64,000 nucleotides of DNA from Octopus vulgaris (GCA_951406725.2 OX597826.1:48856001-48920000); one strand, 5' to 3'; counted from the first letter of the stretch, positions 43,776-58,211 are shown. Program-made: numbers and translations. Notes: generated from the sequence alone by a model not told the origin.

Positions 43776-44330
43776 CAGTGTGTGTGTGTGTGTGTGTGTG
43801 TGTGGTCAATTAAAAGTTTGTCAAAGGTCAGAGTTTGCAAATGTTTTATTGGGTCAAAGGTTAGAGTTTGTGGGAGTTTTACTGGGGTAAAGGTGAGTCT
43901 GTGGAACTTTTCCATTTCACAATTCATAGTTCAAATCATCTTTAAGTAAACCTGATAGCATTCATTAAACTGTCTAATTCCTCACTCTTTTGTCTCTCTC
44001 TTTCTTTCTCTCTCTCACTCTCTCTCTCTCCCTCTGCCCTTCACTTGCTCTTTTTCTTCTATTGTCTTACTCTCTCTTTCTCTATGAGTGTGTGCACACA
44101 TGCATAAATGCATCTGTCTATCTCATCTGTTCCTGCTCTTTCTCTTCATATACACACACACACACATATATATTTACATATAAACACATATGTAAATACA
44201 TACTCATACTTATATATTTACATGTGTGTGTGTGTGTATATTCCAGTTGGTGCTATTAAATTAGACATGGCCTGGGCCAACTTCACCCAAAACTTATCTA
44301 AGTAATCTAAGTAAGATATATATATATATA

Positions 44331-44624
44331 CAATTGCAGCGTGGAAGGTGTTTATAAGCCATTTAAGAAAAACACAAAACCGTTAGATTCACTTCAACAT
44401 TTAAGTTTAATTTGTCAAAATATTTTCGTTGCTTTGAGACTGCGACCTGTTCACTGACAAGATGCAGCGAGATGTTTTGTCAGTGAACAGGTCACGGTTT
44501 TGTGTGAATCTAACAGTTTTGTGTGTTTCTTAAATGGCTTATAAACACCTTCCACGCTGCAATTGTTTGCTTTCCAACACACGATCTCAGATCAAGTCAC
44601 TCGCTATGCAAGTACATCTCCGTA
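44331..44624. mobile_element. Second fold-back pLTR-like element with G3-C8 hammerhead motifs
   Basis: Homologous to 26268-26572; GTGAACA core on minus (44448-44454) and plus (44483-44489). Confidence 0.8.
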
Positions 44625-44671
44625 ATATATATATATATACTTTATTTAAAAGCAGCAGAAATATAACAAAA

Positions 44672-44712
44672 GTTGTTACTCAGAGTTTCATGTTCCTGTT
44701 CATCGGTCAGTT
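44672..44712 (-). ncRNA. Decayed minimal hammerhead motif (CCGATGA core)
   Basis: Reverse complement CCGATGA-aca[ggaa]cat-GAAA-ctctgag-T-A. Confidence 0.5.
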
Positions 44713-44965
44713 TAAAATAGAACAGAAAACAGAACGATATGATCAAAACTGGTTAAAGGATACACTTTTAAAAATGAATTTGTTTCATTGGTCCTTTAAA
44801 TTAACATATATATATGTGTATTTATGCTAATATACTCTTTTTGTATACACATGTATGCGTAGTTTTATTTTGTGTACATTAGTTACACATATTCAGCCAC
44901 CTATCTTTCTTTCTTTCTTTTCCTTTCCTTATGGAAAGTAGTTTTTCTCCTGTTGTGTATATTTG

Positions 44966-45385
44966 CTCTTTACTCTTTACTCTTTTACTTGTTTCAGTCA
45001 TTTGACTGCGGCCATGCTGGAGCACCACCTTTAGTCGAGCAAATTGACCCCGGGACTTATTCTTTGTAAGCCCAGTACTTATTCCATCGGTCTCTTTTTG
45101 CCGAACCACTAAGTGATGGGGACGTAAACACACCAGCATCGGTTGTCAAGCGATGGTGGGGGGGACAAACACAGACACACAAACATATACACACACATAC
45201 ATATATATATATATACATATATACGACAGGCTTCTTTCAGTTTCCATCTACCAAATCCACTCACAAGGCATTGGTTGGCCCAAGGCTATAGCAAAAGACA
45301 CTTGCCCAAGATGCCACGCACTGGGACTGAACCCGGAACTATGTGGTTGGTAAGCAAGCTACTTACCACACAGCCACTCCTATGT
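44966..45385 (-). mobile_element. CORE-like SINE
   Basis: Family match. Confidence 0.9.
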
Positions 45386-45448
45386 GTATATTTTATTATA
45401 AATGTAAAACAACACCGCAGAGGAATCGATGTAAGCTTAAATAACAAA

Positions 45449-45545
45449 CTGCGATAGCTGAACCACGATAGGTGAACTGTGATAGATGGACTGCAAAAGG
45501 TGAATCGCGATAGGTGAACCATGATATAGCAAGGAATTACTGTAT
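45449..45545 (+). mobile_element. pogo/Tigger-like MITE terminus with 14-bp subterminal repeats
   Basis: (ccgcgataggtgaa)-like x5, then gatatagcaaggaattactg-TA. Confidence 0.6.
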
Positions 45546-46706
45546 TTCATTGTTGTCATTACCCACATCATCAAAATCGTTTGCTTATTTTTAGTCTCAT
45601 TGTCTATGCCATAATGTATAAGACACTCCAACAGGATCCATCCCGTGGGTTGGAAAATCACATCTTGTTCCAGTGTCTCAGTTTTTACAGATTTCTACAA
45701 CTGGTTGCTCTTCCAATTACCAATCACTTTACAGACTGTACTGGATACACTTCTTTTATGGCATCACCAGCACAATAGAGGCTGCCTTGCCATCAGCAAG
45801 ACTTCAAGAGATTTCTGAAGTTCCGTGCTGTTACTGCTCCAATCAATTACTAACCACTCCCAGAGTGTACTGGGTGCTTTCTGTGGCATCAGCACTGAGA
45901 AGGTGTTAGAGAAAGAGTGTGATAGGGGAGTGTGGAGGGTTCAATAGGAGTAAATGCTGTTCTCCCCCACATTATATATGGGTAGGTGGTGTTGTGTGTG
46001 AAGGAAAGAGAACATGGAAGGATGTAATAGGAGGAAAAAGTGGTTTCAGGGGATTAGTGAATGAGATTTACAGACGGATTAATAGGATGGTGGAGGGTTG
46101 AGCAGAAAATGAAGTGCTACCTCTTAATACATTGTATTTGGTCAGTAAGTATTATTTCCTATTTACTTCTAGGAATCAAAGGAAATGACTACTATTCCCT
46201 TCAAACGTTGCTTGTGGGACCTAGGCATCCATGTCTTGAAACTGACATATTTTCCATTACATTTCAGATAGATCCAGCACTGAGTTGCTGAAGTAGAAAT
46301 ATTATTATAGCGAATATTCTGCTCAGATTTGCCTGGCAGTTGCTTGACCGTAACCATTTGAGCATGTCCCTCAGTGGTTAACTATATGTGCATCTTTGAT
46401 CATGAGTAGGTGTAGTTGGGGAGCATCGTAACCACGTGTTGAAAGGAGGGATTCTTTGGGATTTGAATAAATGTAACAAAAGCAAAGTTTGAAGGAAATA
46501 TTGACCATTTTTCATACATTGTAGAGGTAAGTAAATAGGAAATAACAGTCGCTGCCCAAGGACAAAAATCTTGTTACACAGCATTACATAAGGGTGGGAA
46601 GAATGATGCATGGAAAAGTGATAAGATAATGATGAGGGACCAGGGCATTTTCTCAAGGTATCATGTCCACACTTGTGCCAATACACACACACACACACAT
46701 ACATAT

Positions 46707-46744
<38 letters not shown>

Positions 46745-46752
<8 letters not shown>

Positions 46753-46912
46753 CCCAGTACACTTTGTAAAATGGTTAGCATTAGGAAAAGCATCTAACTG
46801 CATAAACCATGCCAGAAAAGACTATGGAACTTGGTACGGGGCCCTGGCCTTGTCAATTCCTGCCAAGCTGTCCAACCCATGCCAACATGGAAAATAGACA
46901 TCTTATGTTGAG
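46745..46912 (+). mobile_element. RTE-type 3' end repeat
   Basis: gcattaggaaaagcatc..ccaacccatgccaacatggaaa + GAT tail. Confidence 0.75.
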
Positions 46913-47629
46913 GATGATTGATGATGACAATGATGATGATGATGATGGTGATATGTGTGTGTGCATGCGTGAGATCTTTTTGTTGTTAGGCACCATGTTA
47001 TGTCATATTTCTCACTCACCCGGCCTTCCTGTTCTGTCGCAACCACAACCATAGCATGTATGTGTGAATGTATGTGTAAATATGAGCGTGTATGTGGTTG
47101 ATGCTAATATTTTGCAACTCGTGTCCACCCTGTAGTTTCTGGTGTATCAACCATTGCCTCAATAAAAAAAGTATCTGGCACTAATAAAAGATTACTTTAC
47201 CATTTCTCTATACTGGTACCATCATCATCATCATCATCAACAACAACAACAACAACAACAACAAGACTAGTAAAAGACGGTAGTGACTCAACACTGAAAC
47301 ACAAAGCACTTTTGAGATTATCCAGCTTTCTGTTGGCACCCAACCATTCCTTCAACCCCACCAAAAATACACCACCCACCAAGATCCTCCTATTCTTATC
47401 ACCACCACCACTACCACCGCCACCACCAGACTTGAATTACACCCAACCACTGCTACCGCCAACAATGTCACTGCAGCTCACACTGCCACTGCTACCATTA
47501 CTAGTCAAAATAACGGTGACAAAAAGTTTTGTAATTGTGCTCACTTCGGCACATATATATCCATATACACATGCACACATGCCCCTATGTATGTAGTGTA
47601 TGTGCATTTATTTATGTATAGATTTATGC

Positions 47630-47663
<34 letters not shown>

Positions 47664-47770
47664 AAAACTGTATGTATGTATGTATCTATCTATCTATCTA
47701 TCTACCACTCTTTCTCTCTTCCTCTCTCCCCCTCGCTTTCTCTGTACATATAATGTAATATATGTATGTG

Positions 47771-47845
<75 letters not shown>

Positions 47846-47876
47846 TACATACATATACATATATATATTACATATG

Positions 47877-47916
<40 letters not shown>

Positions 47917-48230
47917 AATCACATAAAAGCAGTGTACAGACAAAAGGTGACATCCCCTCCCACACCCATCATCCCTATCCCGAACCACCACCCCTTCCCC
48001 CAGCAGCTGCTGCACTAATACAGGAACTGTGATATCGGTTAGTCACACTTAAAAAACAATTGAATCATTCTACCTGGTAAATTCCACTTTCTTTTAATGA
48101 TACAATCGCATGTATACGGGGAGGGTGGTAGTATGTGGTGGTGGCGGTATGAAGGAGGTGTTAAGGTGTTTAGACTAGTGGGAAAGGGGGAATAGTAACG
48201 TAACGGATTTTCTCATTATTATTATTATTA

Positions 48231-48302
<72 letters not shown>

Positions 48303-48303
48303 A

Positions 48304-48518
48304 GGCGGTGAGCTGGTAGAATCGTTAGCACTCCGACTGAAATGCTTAGCGGTATTTCGTCTGCCGCTATATTCTGAGTTCAAATTCCGCTGAGGTCAAC
48401 TTTGCCTTTCATCTTTTCGGGGTCGATTAGATAAGTACCAGTTACACACTAAGGGTCAATGTAATCAACTTAATCCCTTTGCCCAAATTTAGAGGCCTTG
48501 TGCTTCCAGTAGAAAGGA
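48304..48518 (+). mobile_element. Meta-type SINE, well preserved
   Basis: ggcggtgagctggtagaatcgttagc..gagttcaaattccgc..gaaaggattatt. Confidence 0.92.
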
Positions 48519-48544
48519 TTATTACTATTATTATTATTATTATT

Positions 48545-48852
48545 GAGTGAGAGAGCAGTGCATGCCATCAAAATGACACTGGGGTAAAATATACGAAGCC
48601 CAGTATACCCATCATGACTACCCATCTGATAAGGGTACACCAGGCACATGCATCACAACCAAATGTGCGCAACATGGTGATCCCATATCAAGATAAACAG
48701 CACATGACCTTGCAGGTGGGGCCCAGTTAGAATTTTCTTCAGGTTGAGTAGCCCATCCCGCTCAAAAGGTCCCTGAATAAGGGTTGTTTAAGGATGTTGA
48801 AAGAACCACCCATGCTTCCATAGGTGAATTATTCAAACCCCACAGAATCCCT

Positions 48853-48855
<3 letters not shown>
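48545..48855 (-). mobile_element. 5'-truncated copy of the 555-bp element
   Basis: Near-identical to 19175-19486. Confidence 0.88.
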
Positions 48856-48944
<89 letters not shown>

Positions 48945-48949
48945 TAGTA

Positions 48950-49165
48950 AAGACAAAGAGTGCAATTCGATTGTAAGATATTTTATTGAACGATATTTCA
49001 AAAGTATGTCTGTCTTTGTCAAGTTCAAAATAAGAAGTAATATCACTTTGAACTTGACAAAAACAGACTTACTGTTGAAATATTGTTCAATAAAATATCT
49101 TACAATCAAATCGCACTCTTCGTCTTGACTGTTTACCTTTGTGAAGAGTTACATCAATCCTTTTT
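48950..49165. mobile_element. Fold-back pLTR-like element with two U3-A8 hammerhead motifs
   Basis: ~78-bp inverted arms at 48950-49029 and 49047-49126. Confidence 0.8.
49048..49090 (+). ncRNA. Minimal hammerhead motif, U3-A8 variant (antisense twin at 48986-49028)
   Basis: ttgaac-TTGACAA-a-aacag[actta]ctgtt-GAAA-ta-T-T-gttcaa. Confidence 0.7.
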
Positions 49166-49170
49166 TAAAA

Positions 49171-49308
<138 letters not shown>

Positions 49309-49309
49309 T

Positions 49310-49712
49310 AAGGTGGGGAGCTGGCAGAATCGTTAGCACGCTGGACAAAATGCTTATCAGTATTTTGCCCGGTGCTACATTCTGAGTTCAAATTCCGCCA
49401 CGGTTGACTTTGCCATTCATCCTTTCAGGGTCGATAAAATAAGTACCAGTCAAACATTAGGGTCAATGTAATTGACAAATCCTCACCTCCCCGCAAGCTG
49501 TCCTTGTAGTAAAAATTTGAAATAACAATTACTATTATTACTAAGGCAGCGAGCTGGCGGAATCGTTAATACACTGGACAAAATGTTTAGTGGTATTTCA
49601 CCCATCACTATATAACGAAATCAAGTTCTGCCAAGGTCAACCAACTGGGGTTAACATAATTGACTAGACCCTCTCCCCCAAAATTTCAGGCCTTCAGCCT
49701 TCAGTTGAAAGG
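49310..49712 (+). mobile_element. Two Meta-type SINEs
   Basis: Family motifs. Confidence 0.85.
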
Positions 49713-49754
49713 ATTATTATTATTATTATTGTTTTTATTCTTCTTTGGTCACTA

Positions 49755-50334
49755 AACTCTGCTTGCGAAGACCTGTTGAGGCAAGTGAAATCAAAATCAA
49801 AATCAAATTCGATGACTGGCATTCGTGCTAGCGGGATGCAAAGAGCACCGTGCGAGTGTGATCGTTGACAGAGCGGCTAACCAGCTTCCGTGCCGGTGGC
49901 ACATAAAAGGGCACCATTCGAGTGTGATCGTTACCAGCGTTGCCTTACTGGCACTTGTGCCTGTGCTAGTAGGGTGCCAAGAGCACCATCCGAGCGTGAT
50001 CGTTGCCAGAGCAGCCAACTGGCTTCCGTGCCGGTGGCACGTAAAAGGGCACCATTCGAGCGTGATCGTTACCAACATCGCCTTACTGGCACCTGTGCCG
50101 GTGGCATGTGTAAAAAGATTCGAGCAAGGTCATTGCCAGTACCACCTGACTGGCCCCCGTACCGGTGGCACATAAAAAGCACTCACTACACTCTCGGAGT
50201 GGTTGGCATTAGGAAGGGCATCCAGCTGTAGAAACACTGCCAAATCAAGATTGGGGCCTGGTGCTGCCATCTGGTTCGCCAGCCCTCAGTCAAAATCGTC
50301 CAACCCATGCTAGCATGGAAAGCGGACGTTAAAC

Positions 50335-50335
<1 letters not shown>
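49755..50335 (+). mobile_element. RTE 3'-end element with an internal ~138-bp duplication and (GAT)n tail
   Basis: gagcacc..gtgatcgtt..gccggtggcac units at 49843 and 49981; ends gcggacgttaaac(gat)n. Confidence 0.85.
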
Positions 50336-50386
<51 letters not shown>

Positions 50387-50462
50387 ATTATTATTTTTAT
50401 TATTATTATTATTATTCATTAGTGCTATTTTCTGAGATATATATACATGTATGTTCTGATTA

Positions 50463-50505
<43 letters not shown>

Positions 50506-50507
<2 letters not shown>

Positions 50508-50655
50508 TATGTTTGACTTTTCTTTATATTTGTACAAGTTGGCATCATCATCACCCAGAGACATCAAGAGACAACAGGGTTGGAAGTTCATGTTGTTGTT
50601 ATGCCTAGTGTGCCATATATTTGGGGGGTGGGGATGTTGTATAATGAATGTCTAA
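50506..50655 (-). mobile_element. Dong family 4 3'UTR tip in (TTA)n
   Basis: Matches 22348-22490. Confidence 0.8.
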
Positions 50656-50683
50656 AAAGAAAAAAAAAAAAAAAAAAAAATTA

Positions 50684-50714
<31 letters not shown>

Positions 50715-50755
50715 CATCATCATCATCATCATTATTATTCTTATCATTATTATTA

Positions 50756-50799
<44 letters not shown>

Positions 50800-50803
<4 letters not shown>

Positions 50804-51195
50804 TCTTTTACACTTTTACTTGTTTCAGTCATTTGACTGTGACCATGCTAGAGCAAACAAATCGACCCCAGGACTTATTCTTTGCAAGCCTAGTACTTAT
50901 TCTATCGGTCCCTTTTGCCGAACTGCTAAGTTACGGGGACGTAAACACACCAACATCGGTTGTCAAGTGATGCTGGTGGGGACAAACACAGACACACAAA
51001 CATATACACACACACATACATATATATATATACATATATACTATGGGCTTCTTTCAGTTTCTGTCTACCAAATCCACTCACAAGGCTTTGGTCGGCCTGA
51101 GCTATAGTAGAAGACACTTGCCCAAGGTGCCACGCAATGGGACTGAACCTGGAACCATGCGGTTCATAAGCAAGCTACTTACCACACAGCCACTC
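50800..51195 (-). mobile_element. CORE-like SINE
   Basis: Family match. Confidence 0.9.
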
Positions 51196-51199
51196 GACT

Positions 51200-51460
51200 C
51201 TTTGAAGCCACTTGATGTGGAATATTTTTTTTTAAGCATGTGAACTGGAAGATGTCCATTGTATTTTCTTCCATTTTTGCCAGCTTCCAGTTTTCACATT
51301 CATAGAGTTATACTGGTCAGACCCACATCTTGAACAGCAGCTTCAGCTTCGTTTTGCACCCTGTACCTTTGTTTCTTCATACCTTTGTTAGATTGTAGAA
51401 CAAGCTTTGGATATTCTGTTCTTTACATCATCAGTTCCCTCTGATGAGGGCCTACTTCAT
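51200..51460 (-). mobile_element. RTE RT fragment
   Basis: DVKNRISKA, KTKLKL, LYECENWK..DIFQFTCLKKIFHIKW. Confidence 0.75.
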
Positions 51461-52109
51461 TCTTAAGGTGCTGTTGTTGTTGTTGTTGTTAAGCAACAAG
51501 ACAGGTAAGGGTGATTATGTAATGGTCTAGGGCTGAGGGGCAGGAGACCCCAGACCTTGGAAAAAAAAACCCCAAGAAGACTTTGGTCTTCTTGTTGTAG
51601 TCGAGGGCTCTTTGCTGATGCTCAACACCACTGGGAGGTGGCCCTCGAAGTCACTGGAAATGGAGATCTCCAGGTCCAAATTCTTGAACGACTTCTTAAG
51701 GTGCTGGGAACATAAGAAGGAAGGAGGACCTCATTAACCATTTCCACAGAAGTCATGGACAAAATGGGTAAGAAAGCAGTGTTGCATTGCTGTGTGAAGA
51801 GACAAAAGGTATAGAGAGGCCTACATAAATCCAGATAAAGGTATACCTGAAGCGTTCATGGACCACAGTACAGTTTGTCAGTTACACAAGGCAATATAGG
51901 ACAGGTGAGGTGAGATTCATCACAGAAACCTACTCCTAGAGAGACTCCATTGTTCTGTTGCCAAGAGTTTTGTACCAAAACATTTGTTTAACAGTGCTTT
52001 GGCACAATACCCTAGGCACTAGAATAACTCTTGCCATATTCTCAGCTAATAAAAGAATATATGTGTGCATGAGTATGTGTGTGTGTGTGTGTGTGCATAT
52101 GTGCATGTG

Positions 52110-52143
<34 letters not shown>

Positions 52144-52271
52144 ATATGCTTTGCATTTGGAAACACTAAAATACTGTAGTGTAAATAAAAGATTATATAT
52201 ATTCTGCTTTACGTATTAAATCATTTTTCTTTCAATATATGTGTGCGTGTGGGTCTCTGTGTGTGTGTATG

Positions 52272-52305
<34 letters not shown>

Positions 52306-52312
52306 TACACAG

Positions 52313-52352
<40 letters not shown>

Positions 52353-52359
52353 TACACAG

Positions 52360-52403
<44 letters not shown>

Positions 52404-52421
52404 TACCTGTGTGTGTGTATG

Positions 52422-52455
<34 letters not shown>

Positions 52456-52656
52456 TACACAGTATATGTATATATGTATGAGTGTGTGAGTGTGAGTGTA
52501 TGATAGACAAACAGAGAAACACATGCCTGTAATATCCTTTAGAATTCCTAGCTTATTGAAAAGTGTTCAATTGTCTCGGCCTGTATGGCTTTGTTTGTTC
52601 ACACAATTCTTGTAAATGCGTATTGACAGGCCAAGCCAGTTCTTATCACACAACAC

Positions 52657-52711
<55 letters not shown>

Positions 52712-52804
52712 GTGTGTGTATGTTTAAATGTGTGTGTTTGTATATAAATGTGTAATGACAGGCCAGTTTAGTTCTTATCATGTATGTATATATATATATT
52801 ATCA

Positions 52805-52942
<138 letters not shown>

Positions 52943-53568
52943 GTATTGACAGGCCAGGCCAGTTCTTATCATCAACCATTTAACAAGGTAAACTTTTTGA
53001 ACAATACAACCTTATATCAAATGGATTACGGGGACAAACAAGAAAAGAGGAATTTTTGCTGCTGGTGTCATTATTGGTCATTGCCAATGGTAGTGGCGGT
53101 AGCGACAATGGTGACTTGCAGCAGCAGTGGTGGTGGTGGTTGAGGTAGTGGTGGTGGTGGTGGTGGTGGTGGTGGTGGCAATTTTTTTTGTTTTCTTTTT
53201 TTTGGGGGGGGAGGGTGCATGTTCTTGTCTCTATCAGTCTGGAGGTAGGGAGAGTTACTTGTAGAGATTATTGTTGTGGTTGATGTTGTCGTTGTTGTTG
53301 TTGTTGTTGTTGTTTCTGTTATTATTGTTGCTTTATTTAATGTTTCCACAGCAACCTGTTTCTCTTTGGCATAACACACCTTATCTTTCTTTCTCTACTT
53401 CTCTCTCTCTCTCTCTCTCTTTCTTTCCCTCTCTACTTCTTCCCCCCCCACTCTCTCTCTCTTACCTGAATTCTTTCTACCGCTGACTCTCCTGCTCTTT
53501 TTGTCTATCCCTCTGTTTCTCTTTTATTCTCTCTCTCTCTCTATCTATCTATCTACCTATCTATCTAC

Positions 53569-53612
<44 letters not shown>

Positions 53613-53647
53613 TTGTCTGTCTTTCTGCCTCTCTGTCTCTCTGTCTG

Positions 53648-53716
<69 letters not shown>

Positions 53717-54109
53717 CTCTTCCTCTCTCTCTTTCTCTTTCTCTCTCGTTCTCTCTTTCCCAAACAAAGACAAAATGATTACAATCAACCAACACCCATT
53801 CCAAAGTACACTACAAATAGCCTAGTAGTGGTATTGGTGTTGGTGGTGTTGGTGGTGGTGGTGGTGGTGTAGCAGTAATTGTTGTAATGACATTGGTAGT
53901 TGTGGCGGTGGTTGTGGCGGTGGTAAACACTGGTAGGGTGTAGACTTTGTTGGGAGGTGAGGGGTGTGTGGTGCAGAGCTGGTGACTTATTGTTGTCCTA
54001 ATCCATGGAATAAAAGGAAAGAAGAATGGCTGGTGTCAATTTGATAAATTTGTGGAAACACCCCACCCCTAATCGCCCCCTCCGCTTCATTCTTTTGTTT
54101 AAATCACTT

Positions 54110-54560
<451 letters not shown>

Positions 54561-54979
54561 ATGTAGATATCTATGTATATATGCATACCTATATGTGTTT
54601 GTCTATGTATGTACACATGTGTGTGAGTGAGTTTCTGAGACAGACAGACAGGCAGACAGACAGACAGAGATGCAGTGAGAATGTGTATGGTAGCAGCGAG
54701 CAAGGAGCATGGAGCGGGGTGAGGGTGGGGTGGGGGTGGGGGGGTTAAATAATAATAATAATAAAAAAAACAAAAAGAAGTGGGTGTTGGTATTGTGAAT
54801 AAGTGAAACAGTAAAGTGTCAGTAAGATTTTTAGTCTTTAATTACTAGTGAAGGGGAAAGGTGAAGCCATTGTCAACAAGACATTTTACAAAGGAGATGG
54901 CAAGAGTATTACCTGAAACATGGTACTGCCAATAGCTTACTGCTGAACCTGGGAACTGTTTGACAACTGGGTTAGATGG

Positions 54980-55745
54980 ATATCATCATCATCACTGACA
55001 TCATCATCACCATCATCATCATCATCGTCGTCATCGTCGTTGTCATGATGATCAGTCATTGATGATCATCGTTGTCGTTGCTGTCGTTATCATTATCGTC
55101 TTAGTTGTCGTCGCCGTCGACGTTGCCATCATCATCATCACCACCACCATCATCATCATCATTGTCATCATCATCACCATCACTATCATCATCATCAACA
55201 TCATCGCCATCACCATCACCATAATCACTATCATCATCTCTGCCATCACCACCAAGATCATCGTCATGATCATCACCTCCACTCCTATCATCATCACCAT
55301 CACCATCATCGTTATCATCTTTGTCGTCATCATCATCATCATCCTCATCATCAAATTCACCATCATCATCATCAACATCACCATCATCATCATCATCATC
55401 ATCATCATCACATTCACCATCGTCATCATCATCATCATCACCATCTTCACCATCATTATTATCATCATCACTGCCATCATCTCCATCATCACCATCGTCA
55501 TCAACCACCATCACCACCACTATCATTATCATCATCATCATCATCATCATCTCTAACATCCATGTTCCATGTTGGCATGGGTTGGAAGATTTGACAAGGA
55601 TGTAATGAGTTGAAGGACTGCATCGTGCTCCAGCATTTGTTTTGGTAAGGTTTCTACTGCAGGATGCCCTCCCTAATGCCAACCACTTTACAATGTGTGC
55701 TGGGTACTGTTTCTATCTTCTTTTTGTCCCACTGGCATTATTGAG
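54980..55745 (-). repeat. Degenerate (CAT)n tract continuous with an RTE-type tail (55552-55745)
   Basis: Direct inspection. Confidence 0.8.
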
Positions 55746-55974
55746 GTCAGCATCTAGCTCACAAGTCAACAAGCCCAGAAAGGGAAGATGTTGCTTCTGT
55801 ATGCTAGATGGGGGGTAGGGTTAAGGAATGAGGGGAGGGGTTGAAGCAGAGTAGGGTTTTTATTTTGTAGAGGAACTAAATGGCTACTTACAATTAGGAG
55901 AGAGAAAGTGAGATTGACTTATGAATTGAACCTACAATCTATCAATCATGACTGCAACACCCTAACCACTAGGC

Positions 55975-56580
55975 TACACAACCACACACACATCACACAC
56001 ACACATATACACACACACTCACACACACATACACACACTCATTCCCTCATATACACACTAACACAGATGCACACACTCACACACACACACACACTCACAC
56101 ATGCATACATATGCATATACATACATACACACATGGATATACTCTCGCACACATACACATCCTCATACACACACACATACATACACATACACACACACTC
56201 ACATACACATACACATGCACACACACACATAAAGACACTCACGCACAGATACACACACTCACACACATGCACATACACACATTCACACACACATGTATAC
56301 ACATACACACATACATATACTCTTACACGCACACTCACACTCACACTCACGCAAACATACACACACTCACACACACCCACATGCATACACATGCACACAC
56401 ATACATACACTCTTACATACACATACACACACTCACACACACATGCACACATGCACACACACGCACATGCACATGCACACACACATAAACACCCACACAC
56501 ACATACACACATATGCAAACTCACATACACACATACACACACATACATACATACACAGACATACACACATAGTCACACAT
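55975..56580. repeat. Degenerate (CA)n tract
   Basis: Direct inspection. Confidence 0.95.
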
Positions 56581-57152
56581 ATAATTCTATCTACCAAATC
56601 CACTTGCACATGGTTTTGTGTAGTCCAGGGCTATAATTAAAGCTACCATGCATTAGGACTGAACTTGAAACACTTTGATCGGGATGCAGACGTCTTACCA
56701 CTCAGCCAAGCTGGGATGTCATACAGTATCCACCTGGAATTGATTGGCCAGAGTTATAACAGAAATCCCTTGTCCAGGTAGCAGGATTGAACCTGCAATT
56801 CAAGTGGTCAGAAGCAAACCTCTTACCCACACAGCCACATTTGGGTAAATTACATAATGTGACACACTGGTGTGATGGAATATTCCTGATAATATTCTTG
56901 CTGACCTTTCAGAAGAGATGCCATTGAGGAAATTCCTGGAATCCACAAGAGCATAAATTGGAATAAAGTTGTTAAAGTTAAAAGAATAATGAGGAATTTG
57001 GATTCCTGCATATGTCTGGGATTGATGGATGTTGTTATGTAATGGAATAAATAGGTCTTGAAATCATCCAAGATTGTATGTAGAGTAGATGGAAGGAAGT
57101 ATTTGCCAGTAATTTCGGATTTGTGATTGGTAACCAGGAGTAAATGGCATTG

Positions 57153-57465
57153 TGGAGGCACATGGCTTAGTGGTTTGAGAGAGTGGTAGACTAGTGGTCA
57201 AGGGATCATGGGTTCGAATCTCAAACCAGGCAATGTGTGTGTTTATGAGCGAAAACACCTAAGCTCCACGCAGCTCCGGCAGAAGGTTATGGCGAACCTC
57301 TGCTGACTCTTTCGCCACAACTTTCTCTCACTCTTCCTGCATCTTGCAGCACATCTGTGATGGATTGTGTCCTGTCCAGGTGGGAAACCTATACGTCACG
57401 AAAACTGGGAAACCGGCCCTTATGAGCCAGGCATGGTTCGAGAAGGAACAAGCAAAAAAAAAAAA
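57153..57465 (+). mobile_element. tRNA SINE (V-SINE-like) with poly(A) and a 14-bp TSD
   Basis: A box tggcttagtgg, B box gggttcgaatctc; TSD agtaaatggcattg at 57139 and 57466. Confidence 0.9.
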
Positions 57466-57543
57466 AGTAAATGGCATTGAAGTAGTTCAGACCCCAATAA
57501 GATCATGGTGATTGACAAAAGAATCGATTAATGATTAATGTTG

Positions 57544-57810
57544 TGTCTGGGGAGAGTCATTCTCTTTTCGTGCCTTATCATTTAACACACTCACCGGTAA
57601 AATTTCCACTTATTTCTTATTTTTTTTATTTTCTAAAATTTTCGTTGCATCTTGCAACCTTTTTAATAGTCTTGAGTGGAAATTTTACCGGTAAGTGTGT
57701 TAAATAATAAGGCACTAAATGAGAATGACTCTCCCCAGACAAAACAGAATATGCTTCAACACACGAACTCATATAAAGAATCTTGCAAACCAAATCCCAA
57801 AACGAAATAA
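57544..57810. mobile_element. Fold-back pLTR-like element with a decayed U3-A8 hammerhead on minus (57633-57669)
   Basis: Arms at 57544-57610 and 57675-57741; reverse complement cta-TTAAAAA-g-gttgc[aagat]gcaac-GAAA-at-T-T-tag. Confidence 0.7.
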
Positions 57811-57961
57811 TGATTAATGGTTAAACTGAAATTGGTAATAATTGGTTGTTATTGCTGTTGTCATTACTATTGCTGCTGCTTCTGTTGTCGTTGTTGTTGT
57901 TGCTGTATAGGCCCTGGTCAATCACTAATTGAACAGCCGTTTAACCAAAAGCATCTTCTAT

Positions 57962-58180
57962 TTTTTACTTGTTCCAGTCATTAGACTGTGGCCATGCTGG
58001 GGCACCACCTTGAAGAATTTTAGTCGAATGAATTGACACCAGTACTTCTTTAAAAACTTGGTACTTATTCTATCAGTCTCTTTTGCTGAACCACTAGGTT
58101 ACAAGAATCATAAACAAATCAACACCAGCTAGTAAACAGTTGTGGGGAACAAACACAGACTCAAAGACACACACATATGT

Positions 58181-58211
<31 letters not shown>

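Noticed and set aside
49760-49795. gcttgc..gcaagt-GAAA hairpin as a ribozyme
   Set aside because: No 3-8 paired core upstream; better explained as part of the RTE 3' region.
51300-51455. YTGQT (GIY-YIG-like) and CTGATGA motifs on +
   Set aside because: The minus strand translates clearly as RTE RT, and no stem II/GAAA follows the CTGATGA.
57153-57230. tRNA gene
   Set aside because: The A/B boxes belong to a SINE head followed by body, poly(A) and TSD; no complete cloverleaf.
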